A stretch of DNA of 64,000 nucleotides from the NCBI GenBank assembly GCA_963848185.1, contig CAWKCR010000022.1, positions 102,019 to 166,018 of the forward strand. The letters run 5' to 3'. Below are positions 10,601-20,413 of the stretch, one piece after another. Origin of the DNA: an uncultured Actinomycetota bacterium (GTDB lineage: Bacteria > Actinomycetota > Actinomycetes > Mycobacteriales > Mycobacteriaceae). The number at the start of each line of letters is the position of its first letter. Positions within the stretch are counted from its first letter, which is position 1. The position numbers were made by a program, and so were the translations under genes. The notes beneath the pieces are model-generated. The model did not search any database, was not told the DNA's origin, and worked only from the letters and a program-made list of their open reading frames with translations.

Positions 10601-10948
10601 ATGCGTTGCGAGCGTGAGGCACCACGGTTCGTCGAGGCTGGCGTCGATGGCCTCGAGAAGCGGCCAGGTCATGGCCTCCGGCGACCAGGGGTCGTCGTCA
10701 ACCGTCCCAGTGATCTCGGCGATCAGCGAGGCGGGGGAGCGGAACGACACCCCTGCGCAGACCCCGTCGGCGCCGTCACCGCGGCCGAGCACATGGGAGA
10801 GCCTTTGGCTCAGCCACCGCTCCATGCCGCGCGCCGACACGAGCACCAGTTCCTCGGCGAAGGGATCCGGCAGGGGATCGGACAGCAGAGCACCAAGACC
10901 GTCGGCAAGCAGGTCGGTGCGATCGGCACGGTGGAGGTGAAGGGCCAT
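7673..10948 (-). CDS. recC: Exodeoxyribonuclease V gamma subunit RecC
   Basis: MALHLHRA start, GMERWL, HSCHGAARQIEVL, TMVPMRSVPH, HPLQPFD; in operon with recB and recD. Confidence 0.95.
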   Translation of the reverse strand: MALHLHRADRTDLLADGLGALLSDPLPDPFAEELVLVSARGMERWLSQRLSHVLGRGDGADGVCAGVSFRSPASLIAEITGTVDDDPWSPEAMTWPLLEAIDASLDEPWCLTLATHLGHFDADPDEAELRRGRRYAVARRLAGLFASYAKQRPQMLVDWLDGNPGDLDQDLHWQPYLWRALVDRVDADPPHVRHQTTLTRLRATKSDLPERLSLFGHTRLPATDIELLGALATHHDLHLWLPHPSDDLWQKLTDVHQRVPRREDNTRYQAGHPLLDTLGRDVRELQRTLPEGDTDEFIGAATRPNTLLGWLQSDIAANEARPGSRLRTPYDRSVQVHSCHGAARQIEVLREVLLGLLQDDPTLEPRDILVMCPDIETYAPLIVAAFGLGEVVDYRHPAHRLRVRLADRSLVQTNPLLGVAAQLLDTADTRATASEVLNLAQAAPVRARFAFTDDDLDTIAQWVRQSAIRWGFDAEHRTPYRLDHFAQNTWRFGLDRILTGVAMSDDSHAWIDTALPLDDVGSDRIDVAGRLAEYVERLTSVADRLTGTRPLTEWLDALRDGVETLTRVGATDLWQTAQLQREFSKVLTQAGTRADTALRLTDVRALLVGHLAGRPTRANFRTGTLTVCTMVPMRSVPHRVVCLVGLDDGVFPRLDLVDGDDALARRPMTGERDIRSEDRQLLLDAILAATETLVVTYTGTDEHTGAHRPPAVPLLELLDALEKTTPDLIRNQIVVKHPLQPFDVKNVERGKLIVDKPFTFDPIVLRAAKAAAGERSERVPFHAGRLRELPTGDVELADLLRFFKHPVEGYFRELDFTLPWEVDGVEDAMPVEIDPLQQWSIGDRLVNDLMRGVDLEVATTAQRLRGTLPPGRLGERKADALSEQAAELAMAALRFQSKTSTAHDLEVDLGDGRRLTGTVTPVYRRGLVSVTYSRLAPKHVLQSWVSLVALGAAGHEYAAACIGRGEKGEIKARGFAQPPDPMATLRDLVAIFDAGRREPLPLPLKASFGWAEKRHRNRNPIAFARNQWEDGVGPENADRAHEKIWGVGSKLGALLKDRPRPDEAVDGEDTRLGALAARLWLPVLGAEFRLG

Positions 10949-11080
10949 CGAGCGCAACGATAGAAGGTCGCTCGGACGCCTTCGACGACTTCGTGCCATG
11001 TCGGACCCCGTAGGGACACTGCACATCGGGACATCAGCGGTGGGAGATGCGGGGTCGATGCGTAGCGGCGGAGTGCTCTT

Positions 11081-11479
11081 GTGAGCGATCAGGGACATGC
11101 TGGCAGCGTTGATCGCAGCGCGGTTCCAGGCGGGTTGAAACAACATGAACTCGACGCCGCCCACAGGCTCGCTGCGCGGGGACATCGCGTGGTGTTTGTC
11201 CCCGTTACCGGCAAGGGCAAGGTCGCTTACGTCACGATCGACAACGAGCTGTGGGAACTGAAGTCGATTTCCGGATCCAGCCACGATTCGGTCGCCCGCA
11301 ACCTTCGTCGAGCCGCGAAGCAGGCGCCGCGGGTGGTGCTGGACATGACGGAGTCTCCAATCACCGATGAGGCGGCAAAACACCTGGTCAGACACTATTC
11401 AACGCGGTATAGACTTCAATCAGTACGCGTTATCCGAGGATTTGAGGAAACGGACTGGAGATTCGACGATGGCCAATAG
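11081..11479 (+). CDS. CdiA C-terminal-like PD-(D/E)XK nuclease domain protein
   Basis: HE..A..LA..G..V, IDNELWELKS, RNLRRAAKQAPRVVLD pattern of standalone CdiA-CT tRNase-like proteins. Confidence 0.65.
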   Translation: MSDQGHAGSVDRSAVPGGLKQHELDAAHRLAARGHRVVFVPVTGKGKVAYVTIDNELWELKSISGSSHDSVARNLRRAAKQAPRVVLDMTESPITDEAAKHLVRHYSTRYRLQSVRVIRGFEETDWRFDDGQ

Positions 11480-11792
11480 CGACTACATCGAGGTGAAGGG
11501 GCCGAAGTCGCTGGCCGAGCTGGTCGCTGTCATCGACCCCTCCGCGCCTCGATCCGACGACGATGTCGTAACCGTCGAGTTGAGTGGCGACGAATACGCC
11601 GCTGTGCAGTACGACGAAGTCGATGCGGGGACTTGGCCTTACATGATCACCATCGAATCGCGATCCGACGACGAGGCACCGGTTCGGGCCCAAGCGATGC
11701 GGATCCTTGAAAGAGTGGCGGCGGCCGGCTGGATCTACAGGATGACCTCCGACGCGGACGACTCGCTCCTGATCGAAACACAAAACGTCTGA
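11469..11792 (+). CDS. Small acidic protein, candidate immunity partner
   Basis: 107 aa, D/E-rich; start overlaps the end of the upstream nuclease gene. Confidence 0.55.
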   Translation: MANSDYIEVKGPKSLAELVAVIDPSAPRSDDDVVTVELSGDEYAAVQYDEVDAGTWPYMITIESRSDDEAPVRAQAMRILERVAAAGWIYRMTSDADDSLLIETQNV

Positions 11793-12368
11793 CCGTCAGA
11801 TTCACTAGCCACGAAGTCGCCGCTGCCGGTGGAAATGCTGCGGCGCATTCGCCAGGATCTGCTGACAGGTCATTGGCACAGCGCGGACACAGAGCAACTA
11901 ATCGCCGACGCGGTTGACCGGCAGGAGCGCCAGCACGTCGCGTAGTTCGTCGTCATGATTAATTCGAGGCGAATCAGGCGGTCCCCTGCGAGCCGTCGCT
12001 GGCCGAGCCACGCGAGATTGTTCACGCAGGTCTAGTACGCGTTTTACGCCCGGTTGTGGACTACGGGTGTCGTTCGTGCCACGGTGGAGCTAGATCCATC
12101 TTTCTTGGAGGAGGTGCCGCACAGTGGAGCAGACCCAGCAAGGGCGCATGGCCCATCAGGAGTGCCCAGACTGCCATGCGCTGGCCGCAGATTTGGAGGC
12201 GCACAAGCAATGGCACTCCAGGCTCGTCCATGACATCGCCATCGCCGTCGACAAGGACATGAAGCGACGAGTAGGAGCCCAGTAACCACCAGATTGCCCA
12301 CCAGTTGTCGCTCATAAGCGGGCATGGACTCCAACGCAGCCTGCAGTTCGGCGACGCGGCGATCCGAA

Positions 12369-12551
12369 CTAAGACAGGTCGCGGAATGCCAGCGCGAAAC
12401 CGCCTACGGCGGTAACCGCGGCGATGGCATAGCCGATGATCGACCACCACCCGATGTGCATGTACGCGGTGACGGCGACGATCGCCATGGCGAGAAACAC
12501 CATCACCATTCCGTACAGCGGCGGCTTGGCGGCGTATCGGTTGCGGGTCAT
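12369..12551 (-). CDS. Small two-TM membrane protein
   Basis: 60 aa hydrophobic ORF with GAGGTG RBS, downstream of aspA. Confidence 0.6.
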   Translation of the reverse strand: MTRNRYAAKPPLYGMVMVFLAMAIVAVTAYMHIGWWSIIGYAIAAVTAVGGFALAFRDLS

Positions 12552-12590
12552 CGATTCACCTCTCTGCAAAGGTTCAGTGGCTTTAGTTGA

Positions 12591-14015
12591 CTATGACGGT
12601 TCGACGGGCATCTGGCCGGGTTCCAGTGAGAGGTTCGCGAGACGTTCCGGGGCCAGAATATCCTGAAGCTGCGCCTCGGAGAGGTATCCACGCTCGAGGG
12701 CGATGTCCGCGACACTGCGGTTGGTGAGCAGGGCGTCCCGGGCAATCTCGGAGGCAGCGGCGTAGCCGACGTAGGGATTAAGCGCCGTGGCCAGCCCGAT
12801 CGAATTGTGCACGTGCGCAGCCATGACGTCCACGTTCGCGGTGATCCCCCGCACGCATCGGGTCGTCAGCGTGCGACAGGCCGCGGTCAACTGTGAGACG
12901 CTGTCGAACAACGAGTGCGCCATGACCGGCTCGAATGCGTTGAGTTGCAGCTGGCCCGCCTCGGCCGCCATCGTGATCGTCACGTCGTTGCCAATGACGG
13001 CATAGCACACCTGCGTGACGACCTCGGGTATGACCGGGTTCACCTTTCCCGGCATGATGCTCGAACCTGCCTGCACCGCAGGAAGATTGATCTCGTTCAG
13101 CCCCGCGCGCGGACCCGATGACAGCAGCCGCAGATCGTTGCAGATCTTGGACAGCTTGACCGAGATCCGCTTGAGCACGCTGGAAACCTGCACGAAAGCG
13201 CCGGGGTCCTGGGTCGCTTCGATGAGGTTCTCCGCGGTGGTGAGCGGGCGGCCTGTGATCGTGCGCAGGTTCTCGCACACCGCTTCGACATACCCGGGAG
13301 GGGCGTTGAGTCGGGTGCCAATCGCGGTGCCGCCCATGTTGATCTCGTGCAGTAGAGCGCTGGCTTCGGCCAGCCGCTGGCGGTCTTCACCAATGGTGAC
13401 GGCATAGCTGCGCATCTCTTGGCCGAGCGTCATCGGAACGGCATCCTGCAGTTGCGTGCGCCCCATCTTCACCATCCGGGCGAACTCGGTTGCCTTGTCA
13501 TCAAAGGCCCCGATCAACTCCGCCATGGCGGCGTCGAGCGCATCAAAGGATTCGATGGCGGCAATGCAAAGTGCCGTCGGGTAGACGTCGTTGGTGGACT
13601 GGCCCATGTTGACGTGATCCGCCGGATGCAGGTACTGGTACTCGCCGGGCCGGTGACCCATGAGCTCCAGAGCGCGGTTACAGATCACCTCGTTGGCGTT
13701 CATGTTGGTCGACGTCCCCGCCCCGCCCTGGATGACATCGACGACGAACTGGTCGGCGAGCGCGCCGGCGCGGATCTCCTCGCAGGCCGCCTCGATCGCG
13801 TCCGCTCGCTCGGCGCTGAGGAGGCCGAGTTCCTTGTTGGTTCGTGCCGCGGCTTGTTTCACCGTGGCCAGTGCGGCGATCAGATGCACGTGTTTTCCGA
13901 TCTTGATTCCTGTGATCGGAAAATTCTCGACCGCGCGGGCCGTGTGCACTCCCCAATATGCGTCCGCAGGAATCTCTTTGTCGCCTAACAGATCATGCTC
14001 GACGCGCGTGTTCAC
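12591..14015 (-). CDS. aspA: Aspartate ammonia-lyase
   Basis: QGGAGTSTNMNANEV, GRTQLQDA, GSSIMPGKVNPVIPE. Confidence 0.95.
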   Translation of the reverse strand: MNTRVEHDLLGDKEIPADAYWGVHTARAVENFPITGIKIGKHVHLIAALATVKQAAARTNKELGLLSAERADAIEAACEEIRAGALADQFVVDVIQGGAGTSTNMNANEVICNRALELMGHRPGEYQYLHPADHVNMGQSTNDVYPTALCIAAIESFDALDAAMAELIGAFDDKATEFARMVKMGRTQLQDAVPMTLGQEMRSYAVTIGEDRQRLAEASALLHEINMGGTAIGTRLNAPPGYVEAVCENLRTITGRPLTTAENLIEATQDPGAFVQVSSVLKRISVKLSKICNDLRLLSSGPRAGLNEINLPAVQAGSSIMPGKVNPVIPEVVTQVCYAVIGNDVTITMAAEAGQLQLNAFEPVMAHSLFDSVSQLTAACRTLTTRCVRGITANVDVMAAHVHNSIGLATALNPYVGYAAASEIARDALLTNRSVADIALERGYLSEAQLQDILAPERLANLSLEPGQMPVEPS

Positions 14016-14060
14016 GTGATTAATGTCAGCTCCCGGTGTTGTGTGGGCCAGTCCTCCGGC

Positions 14061-15590
14061 TCAACCGGTCGGCTGGCGACCACCGGCGGCTCCGCCGTGC
14101 AGCGCGTCTCGCTCGCGGGCGATTTCCATTACCCGGTTGCGAACCAGGAACCAGCCTCCGAACAATGCCGGGATGATGATCACCAGCGTGCCGATCGTAT
14201 AGGTGCCGATCGGGTAGTCGAATAGCATCAGCACCAGCACGCTCAGCAGGAACAGCAGCGTGGCGTAGCCGCTCCACGGCGATAACGGCATCCGGAAGCT
14301 TGGTCGCTCCATGAGCCCGGCGTTCGCCATCCGGTGCAGCTTGATCTGGCAGAGTACGATCGTGCCCCAGGCGGCGATGATGCCCAGCGCGGCCATGTTC
14401 AGCACGATCTCGAAGGCCTCGCCAGGGTTTGTCGCGTTGAGCCCCACACCGAACAGGGTCAGCGCGCCGGTCAGCAGGATGCCGGCGTAAGGTACGCCGG
14501 ACCTCGACATCCGGGTGGTGAACCCCGGGGCGCTGCCGGCCTCCCCCATCGACCGCAGGATGCGGCCCGTCGAGTACAGTCCGGCATTCAGGCTGGAGAA
14601 CGCGGCGGTGAGCACGACCATGTTCATCAGGTCGCCGGTCCACGCGCCAAGACCCATCTTGCTGAAGAAGGTGACGAACGGGCTCTCCCCGGCCTTGTAT
14701 GCGGTGAAGGGCAGCAGCAGCGACAGCAGCACAACCGAACCGACATAGAAGATCGCGATGCGCGCGATGACCGAATTGATCGCCCGCGGGATGATCTTCT
14801 CGGGTTCCTCCGTCTCACCGGCCGCCGTGCCGACCAATTCCACTGCGGCATAGGCGAACACCACACCCGACACGACGATCAGGAGCGGTAGCACGCCATT
14901 CGGGATCAGCCCGCCGTTGTTGGCCCAGACGCTCAAACCCGTGCTCTGGCCCTCGATCTGGTAGCGCCCGGCCAGGAAGATGGTTCCGACGACCAGGAAC
15001 GTCATCAACGCAACAACCTTGATCAACGCGGCCCAGAACTCAAATTCGCCGAACCACTTCACCGAGATCATGTTGATCGACAGCACCAGCGTTAGCGCGA
15101 TCAATGCGAGCAACCACTGCGGGACTACTTCCATCGCCTGCCAGTAGTGGAAGTAGGTGGCAATCGCGGTGACGTCGACGATCGCCGTCATGGCCCAGTT
15201 CAGCCAGTACAGCCAGCCAACGGCGTAAGCCGTCTTCTCACCAAAGAATTCACGCGAATACGACACGAACGAACCCGACGACGGCCGGTGCAGCACCAAT
15301 TCGCCGAGCGCTCGCATGACAAAGAACACAAAGAAGCCGCAGACGGCGTACACCAGGAACAGCCCTGGCCCGCCCGCCGCCAACCGCCCGCCGGCGCCGA
15401 GGAACAGTCCGGTCCCGATGGCGCCGCCGATCGCGATCATCTGCAGCTGCCGGGGCTTGAGATCCTTGTGATAACCCTCGTCTTCGTGCCGGAGATCTTC
15501 TTCGGCCTCGTACGTCTCTAGGTAGTGCTCACCATGAGGTAGATGCGGGGCATGAATATGGGGGAGATGAGGGTGGGGCGCCTGTGTCAT
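14061..15590 (-). CDS. ansP: L-asparagine permease (APC family)
   Basis: [30 protein letters not shown], multiple TM segments; asparagine gene context. Confidence 0.9.
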   Translation of the reverse strand: MTQAPHPHLPHIHAPHLPHGEHYLETYEAEEDLRHEDEGYHKDLKPRQLQMIAIGGAIGTGLFLGAGGRLAAGGPGLFLVYAVCGFFVFFVMRALGELVLHRPSSGSFVSYSREFFGEKTAYAVGWLYWLNWAMTAIVDVTAIATYFHYWQAMEVVPQWLLALIALTLVLSINMISVKWFGEFEFWAALIKVVALMTFLVVGTIFLAGRYQIEGQSTGLSVWANNGGLIPNGVLPLLIVVSGVVFAYAAVELVGTAAGETEEPEKIIPRAINSVIARIAIFYVGSVVLLSLLLPFTAYKAGESPFVTFFSKMGLGAWTGDLMNMVVLTAAFSSLNAGLYSTGRILRSMGEAGSAPGFTTRMSRSGVPYAGILLTGALTLFGVGLNATNPGEAFEIVLNMAALGIIAAWGTIVLCQIKLHRMANAGLMERPSFRMPLSPWSGYATLLFLLSVLVLMLFDYPIGTYTIGTLVIIIPALFGGWFLVRNRVMEIARERDALHGGAAGGRQPTG

Positions 15591-15631
15591 CGAATTCCCT
15601 TCCTCGCCGCGGCCAGCGGACTGGCTGCCAG

Positions 15632-15644
15632 GCTGTCAGACAGC
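15632..15644. promoter_or_regulatory. Putative FadR/GntR operator upstream of ansP
   Basis: Palindrome GCTGTC-A-GACAGC; a near copy CAGTCAGACAG lies at 17482-17492. Confidence 0.55.
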
Positions 15645-15732
15645 TGGATTCGACGAGTGTGGCACTCGTCACGTTTCCGCGTCAAGAGTAGATCGCGTCA
15701 CCGCCAGCGCGGCGCGACTTCGCGCAATGCGG

Positions 15733-16446
15733 TCAGACGCCGGCTGGATGCCTAGCGGCCAGCTTGTTGAGGGCCTCTTCGACCTTGTCGAGGTGCTGAC
15801 GCATCCTGTCGCTCGCGTCGGCGAAGTCACCCGAGGCGATCGCGTCGAGGATCTTTCGGTGTTCCTCGTTGGACGCCGCCCGGCGCTCGGAGATGCTGGC
15901 GTTGAGCATGCGCGATTGCTGGGAGAGGGCGTCGCGGATGGCCGCGACGACGCTGGCGAACACTTCGTTTCCAGAGGCCTGGGCTATGCCGAGGTGGAAC
16001 TGGGTGTCCATCTTGACCCACCGCGCCGGATCGGTCTCGGCGTCCATCTCGTCGACGAGGCGGTTGAGGTCGGCCAATTGGGCATCGGTGCGTCGCCGCG
16101 CGGCCCAGCCGGCGGCGGGCACTTCAATGTAGGGCCGGGCTTCGACGAGGTCGCGGGCGGAGAACCTGCCGTAATGCGGCACCGATGCGTGTGACGAGAC
16201 GACGATCGTGCCCGAGCCGGTCTTGGTCGACGTCAGTCCCAAGGTCTGACAGGACCGCAGCGCTTCGCGAATCACGGACCGGCTCACTCCGTAGCGCTCT
16301 GCCAGGGCGGCTTCGGGTGGCAGCTTGACGCCGACCGGCAACTCCCCGCTCTCGATCGCCGAGCACAGATCCTCGAATACCGATTCCGCGGCATTGTGCC
16401 GCGGAATGGCGCCGCGGCGATCTGTCCAGCTATCTGGCAGGTTCAT
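15733..16446 (-). CDS. FadR/GntR family regulator of asparagine utilisation
   Basis: wHTH LPPEAALAERYGVSRSVIREAL, FCD domain (FH..IA.ASGN, EH..I..AI). Confidence 0.9.
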   Translation of the reverse strand: MNLPDSWTDRRGAIPRHNAAESVFEDLCSAIESGELPVGVKLPPEAALAERYGVSRSVIREALRSCQTLGLTSTKTGSGTIVVSSHASVPHYGRFSARDLVEARPYIEVPAAGWAARRRTDAQLADLNRLVDEMDAETDPARWVKMDTQFHLGIAQASGNEVFASVVAAIRDALSQQSRMLNASISERRAASNEEHRKILDAIASGDFADASDRMRQHLDKVEEALNKLAARHPAGV

Positions 16447-16478
16447 ACGAGTACAGTGCTCGCGCCGATCGACGGCTG

Positions 16479-17426
16479 TCAACCGTGTGGAGCGTCCGCG
16501 CCGAGCCCGATGACATCGCCGAAGGCGCGCGCCATCCGCCCATGATCGACGCCGACGGCCAGCAGGGCCGCCAACATGATCCGCGCCTGCGCCACGCGCA
16601 GCCACGGCGAGACAATGGCCCCGGCGCCTAGCAGATCGCGACCACCGCCCTCGCCGCCGTAGATCGGTTCGACGACACCATTGGGGACGCGGCTCGTGAC
16701 GACCACCGCGATCCCGTTCGCCGTGCAATCCGCAACTGCGGCAAGAATGTTCGGGTTCGCGTTGCCAGATCCCATCGCGTCGAGCACCACCCCGCGCGCA
16801 CCGGCTGCCACGCAGGCGTCGATCTGGGAGCGGACGCATCCCGGATAGAGCGCCACAACGTCAACCCGGATCTGCCCCACTTCCGCGTGCCACGGCAACA
16901 CTGCGCGCCGGTTGTCACTGACGGGGAGGTATCGCTCGAATGCGTCCAGCTCGGTGGTGTGGGCCTTGCGGGTTCCCCTCGCGCAGAGCACCCGCTCGCC
17001 GAACGCGATCAGGACACCGCGACCGCGGGAGTCGTTGCGGCGTGCGACCTCCACGGCCGCCTTGATGTTGCCGGGACCGTCGGGGTCCGGATGGTCGGCC
17101 GGACGCTGTGCGCCGGTGAGCACCACCGGACGAGGATCGGTGTGGAACAGGTCGAGAAGCATCGCGGTCTCCTCGAGGGTGTCGGTGCCGTGTAGTAGCA
17201 CCACCCCCTCGACCCGAGGATCCTCGAGTGCCTCGGTCACCGCGTCGCGAATGGCGACCATCCGTTGCAGCGTCATTGTCGAGGAATCGACCGCCATCAC
17301 GTCCCGCACGACAACGGCCGGGTCCAAATGGGGCAGGACAAGGGCGTTATTCGTCGGCGCGATCCGGTCACCATCCCTGCGGGCGCTGGCGATGGTGCCA
17401 CCGGTGGTCAGTACAACGACCGACAA
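16479..17426 (-). CDS. ansA: L-asparaginase
   Basis: TGGTIA, HGTDTLEET, TGAQRP; TTG start after GAGGAGG RBS. Confidence 0.92.
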   Translation of the reverse strand: MSVVVLTTGGTIASARRDGDRIAPTNNALVLPHLDPAVVVRDVMAVDSSTMTLQRMVAIRDAVTEALEDPRVEGVVLLHGTDTLEETAMLLDLFHTDPRPVVLTGAQRPADHPDPDGPGNIKAAVEVARRNDSRGRGVLIAFGERVLCARGTRKAHTTELDAFERYLPVSDNRRAVLPWHAEVGQIRVDVVALYPGCVRSQIDACVAAGARGVVLDAMGSGNANPNILAAVADCTANGIAVVVTSRVPNGVVEPIYGGEGGGRDLLGAGAIVSPWLRVAQARIMLAALLAVGVDHGRMARAFGDVIGLGADAPHG

Positions 17427-17481
17427 CGCGCCTCCTCGGGTCGGTTCGTCTTCCGCGCTGTGTATATCACAATCGGTCAAG

Positions 17482-17492
17482 CAGTCAGACAG
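17482..17492. promoter_or_regulatory. Second putative FadR operator upstream of asparaginase
   Basis: CAGTCAGACAG, one mismatch to CTGTCAGACAG at 15633. Confidence 0.45.
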
Positions 17493-17550
17493 ATTTGGGC
17501 GCGGCTGCTATGGGCGAACGGTTTGGACGTCCTCCTATACCCGAACGCGC

Positions 17551-18210
17551 TCAGTTCCCCGCGAACCACGCGGTCCTCACCGTGTATCGGCGCGGCGGCT
17601 CGAACGAAGCACCCCGTGGACCCAGCAGGCCGACCCGCACGATCCACAGTGGCTGCGAGCGGTCAATCGCCGACGCCGGATCCTGGCCCGGCTCGATGAG
17701 GACCCCCCTCGATATGGGCCTCGGGTCGCATCCGTACGCGGGAACCAAGCCGTCCCTCCGCCCGCCCCAGTCGATCCCGTTGGGCAGCACGCAGCTGGTG
17801 CCGTCGTCCAAGACCAACGCGAACGGCATCGGTGTCGCTGGCGGATCCACCGCCGGTAGCGCGCCCGGCGCGGGGAACCGGCGAAGTGCATTGCTCCACG
17901 GATCCACTAGACACAACACGGAAGCGGGGGCCGGCCAACACACCTCTGCTAGAGCCTGACTCGGCTCGCAGGCGTAGATGTCCTTGCCCACCGCGGCCGG
18001 TGACGGGCCCGGGCAGGCAGAGAGGTTGGGCGACGGCTGCCGATTGATCACGTTGTAGCCGTTGACCGGTTCACCGTTCGCGACGGCCACGACGGTGATG
18101 ACGTCCGTCGCCCCCGGATAGGCATGGACGTTTCCGGCCGCCTGCAACGCGGCGCTCGCGACGAGCATCAGCGCAGCCGCCACTCGCATCCAAACGAAAG
18201 CCCACCACAT
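17551..18210 (-). CDS. Cys-containing secreted protein of unknown function
   Basis: Signal peptide ending VHA; paired cysteines; ends VRTAWFAGN as in conserved mycobacterial exported proteins. Confidence 0.7.
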   Translation of the reverse strand: MWWAFVWMRVAAALMLVASAALQAAGNVHAYPGATDVITVVAVANGEPVNGYNVINRQPSPNLSACPGPSPAAVGKDIYACEPSQALAEVCWPAPASVLCLVDPWSNALRRFPAPGALPAVDPPATPMPFALVLDDGTSCVLPNGIDWGGRRDGLVPAYGCDPRPISRGVLIEPGQDPASAIDRSQPLWIVRVGLLGPRGASFEPPRRYTVRTAWFAGN

Positions 18211-18311
18211 CACGAGAGCCTCCTTCGTGACTGAGTTCCACCCTTCCGGATCGGCCAAACCGACGTGGGGAAATTGACCGATCGGCCGGCGCCTTCAATA
18301 GGCTCGGCCGA

Positions 18312-19475
18312 ATGAAGGCAGTCACGTGTACCAACGCGAAACTCGAGGTGGTTGACCAGCCGATCCCGGCCCCGGCGAAGGGTCAGTTGCTGATCGACGT
18401 CCTGCGGTGTGGCATCTGCGGTTCGGACCTCCATGCGCGCAACCACTGCGATGAACTCGCCGACGTGATGGCTGAGACCGGTTACCCCGACTTCATGCGC
18501 TCGCACCAGTCGGTCGTGTTCGGACACGAGTTCTGCGGCGAGGTCCTCGACCACGGTCCGGGTACCCGCAAGACGCCGCGCGCCGGCACGCCCGTCGTCG
18601 CCATGCCCCTGGTCCGCCGCGGCAAGGACGTGCACGTCATCGGGCTCTCCACCGCCGCGCCCGGCGCCTACGCCGAACAGCTCCTGATCGAGCAGTCCCT
18701 GGCGTTGCCCGTCCCCAACGGATTGCCGGCCGAGAAAGCCGCGCTGACTGAGCCGATGGCCGTCGGCTGGCACGCCGTCTGTCGCTCAGAGGTGGGCAAA
18801 GGCGACGTCGCGATCGTCATCGGCTGCGGGCCGATCGGTCTGGCCGTGATCTGCATGCTCAAGGCCCACGGTGTGCGCACCGTCATCGCCAGCGACTTCT
18901 CGGCCGGCCGCCGCGCACTCGCCACGCGTTGTGGCGCCGACGTCGTCGTCGATCCCGCCCAGGACTCACCCTATAAAGCGGCGTCGGGCCACGGACACCT
19001 CGAAACCGCGCCTGACGCTTTGGGTCTCGCCGTCAGCACCATCGAAAAGCTGCACAAGCTTCGGCTGCCCTGGTGGCACGTGTGGCGCGCCGCCGAGGCC
19101 GTCGGTGCGGCGACGCCCAAGCATCCCGTCATCTTCGAATGCGTCGGAGTGCCAGGCGTGATCGAAGACATCATCACGGGCGCGCCGCTGTTCTCGCGCG
19201 TCGTCGTGGTCGGTGTCTGCATGGGCGCGGACCGGATCCGGCCTTCGATGGCGATCAACAAACAGATCGACCTGCGGTTCGTGCTCGGCTACACGCCGCT
19301 CGAGTTCCGCGACACGCTGCACATGCTCGCCGACGGCAAGGTCAACGTCGCGCCCCTCGTGACCGGGACGGTCGGGCTGCCCGGCGTCGAGGCCGCGTTC
19401 GACGCGCTTGGCGACCCCGAGGCGCACGCGAAGATTCTGATCGACCCGAAGAGCGACGCGGCAAGCCCGAGGTGA
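18312..19475 (+). CDS. Zinc-binding (MDR) alcohol dehydrogenase
   Basis: CGICGSD, GHEFCG, GCGPIG. Confidence 0.93.
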   Translation: MKAVTCTNAKLEVVDQPIPAPAKGQLLIDVLRCGICGSDLHARNHCDELADVMAETGYPDFMRSHQSVVFGHEFCGEVLDHGPGTRKTPRAGTPVVAMPLVRRGKDVHVIGLSTAAPGAYAEQLLIEQSLALPVPNGLPAEKAALTEPMAVGWHAVCRSEVGKGDVAIVIGCGPIGLAVICMLKAHGVRTVIASDFSAGRRALATRCGADVVVDPAQDSPYKAASGHGHLETAPDALGLAVSTIEKLHKLRLPWWHVWRAAEAVGAATPKHPVIFECVGVPGVIEDIITGAPLFSRVVVVGVCMGADRIRPSMAINKQIDLRFVLGYTPLEFRDTLHMLADGKVNVAPLVTGTVGLPGVEAAFDALGDPEAHAKILIDPKSDAASPR

Positions 19476-19478
19476 CCG

Positions 19479-20210
19479 TCAGCCTTGCTCGACGACGTTG
19501 GAGCCGCCGGAATTGATCTGTGGTGCGCCGGAGTGGTAAATGACCCGATTGTCGAAGCCGGAGGCACTGATGGTGTCGGCGGCGTCGAGGGTGACCTGAT
19601 TTTCGACGCCGGACACCGTGACGCTCGTGCAGTGGCCGGTGATCGTCACTGTGTTCGTGATGCCGCTGACGCTCACAACGCCGTCGTTGCAGGCAATCGT
19701 CTTGTTCTCGCCAACCCCAGCGACGCTGAGCGGGACACCTGGCAGCGCGGTGGTTACCGATCCGCCGCCCGGAACGGTCGGCTCGGCACGTGGGACCTCC
19801 GTGATCGATCCGCCGCCGCCGGCCACCGTTGACGGGATACTCGGGACGCTCGGCACGCTCGGGAAACGCGTGGGGAATCCTTCGAGCGACGAGGATCTCA
19901 GGGTGAAGAACGCGACCGCCGCCCCACCGACGATCAACATGACGAGGACAATCCCCGCGACGACAAACAACAAGGAGCCAGAACCAGTCGACACTCGCCG
20001 CATCGTGGGGTAGGTGGATCCGTATGTCGGCGGCGCGACGTAGGGGTCACCGTACGTCGACGGCGGTACATACGTCGGAGGCGGTGGCAACGGTGTAGTG
20101 GAGTCAGCGCTGCTGTATTGCGTCGTCCCCAGTTCCGACGCACGGGCAACATCGGCGAGCGGTTGCTCGAGTGCCCTGATCCGGGCCTCGGGGTCGTCCT
20201 GTGGGTCCAT
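19479..20210 (-). CDS. DUF3060 domain membrane protein
   Basis: MDPQDDPEARIRALE start, one TM, C-terminal VSG..N.V repeats. Confidence 0.85.
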   Translation of the reverse strand: MDPQDDPEARIRALEQPLADVARASELGTTQYSSADSTTPLPPPPTYVPPSTYGDPYVAPPTYGSTYPTMRRVSTGSGSLLFVVAGIVLVMLIVGGAAVAFFTLRSSSLEGFPTRFPSVPSVPSIPSTVAGGGGSITEVPRAEPTVPGGGSVTTALPGVPLSVAGVGENKTIACNDGVVSVSGITNTVTITGHCTSVTVSGVENQVTLDAADTISASGFDNRVIYHSGAPQINSGGSNVVEQG

Positions 20211-20261
20211 TCGCAGATGCTCCCACACCAGATCGCGCTCGTCTCGAAGTCGCGCGCCTCT

Positions 20262-20396
20262 AGCGACCACCGCAACGGATTCACGGCCTGGTACGAGGCG
20301 GCAGGCGAGGTCGTCGGTGTGCTGAGCCTCAACGCCGACGACGACTACCGGCTCGCCGACGAACTGGTTCGCTCGCACACGCCGATCACAGTGTGA
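20262..20396 (+). pseudogene. C-terminal remnant of an FAD-dependent (ferredoxin reductase-like) oxidoreductase
   Basis: GFTAWYEAAGEVVGVLSLNADDDY resembles the C-terminus of this family; no N-terminal part or start present. Confidence 0.5.
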
Positions 20397-20413
20397 GTCC
20401 TACCGGCGCCGGG

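Noticed and set aside
10949-11395. 149 aa N-terminal extension of RecC in the ORF track
   Set aside because: It overlaps the CdiA-like gene on the opposite strand; RecC similarity starts at MALHLHRA (10948).
12044-12450. Short ORFs in the lower-GC gap between the immunity-like gene and the small membrane gene
   Set aside because: No recognisable motif or RBS and atypical codon usage; may be decayed sequence but cannot be supported.
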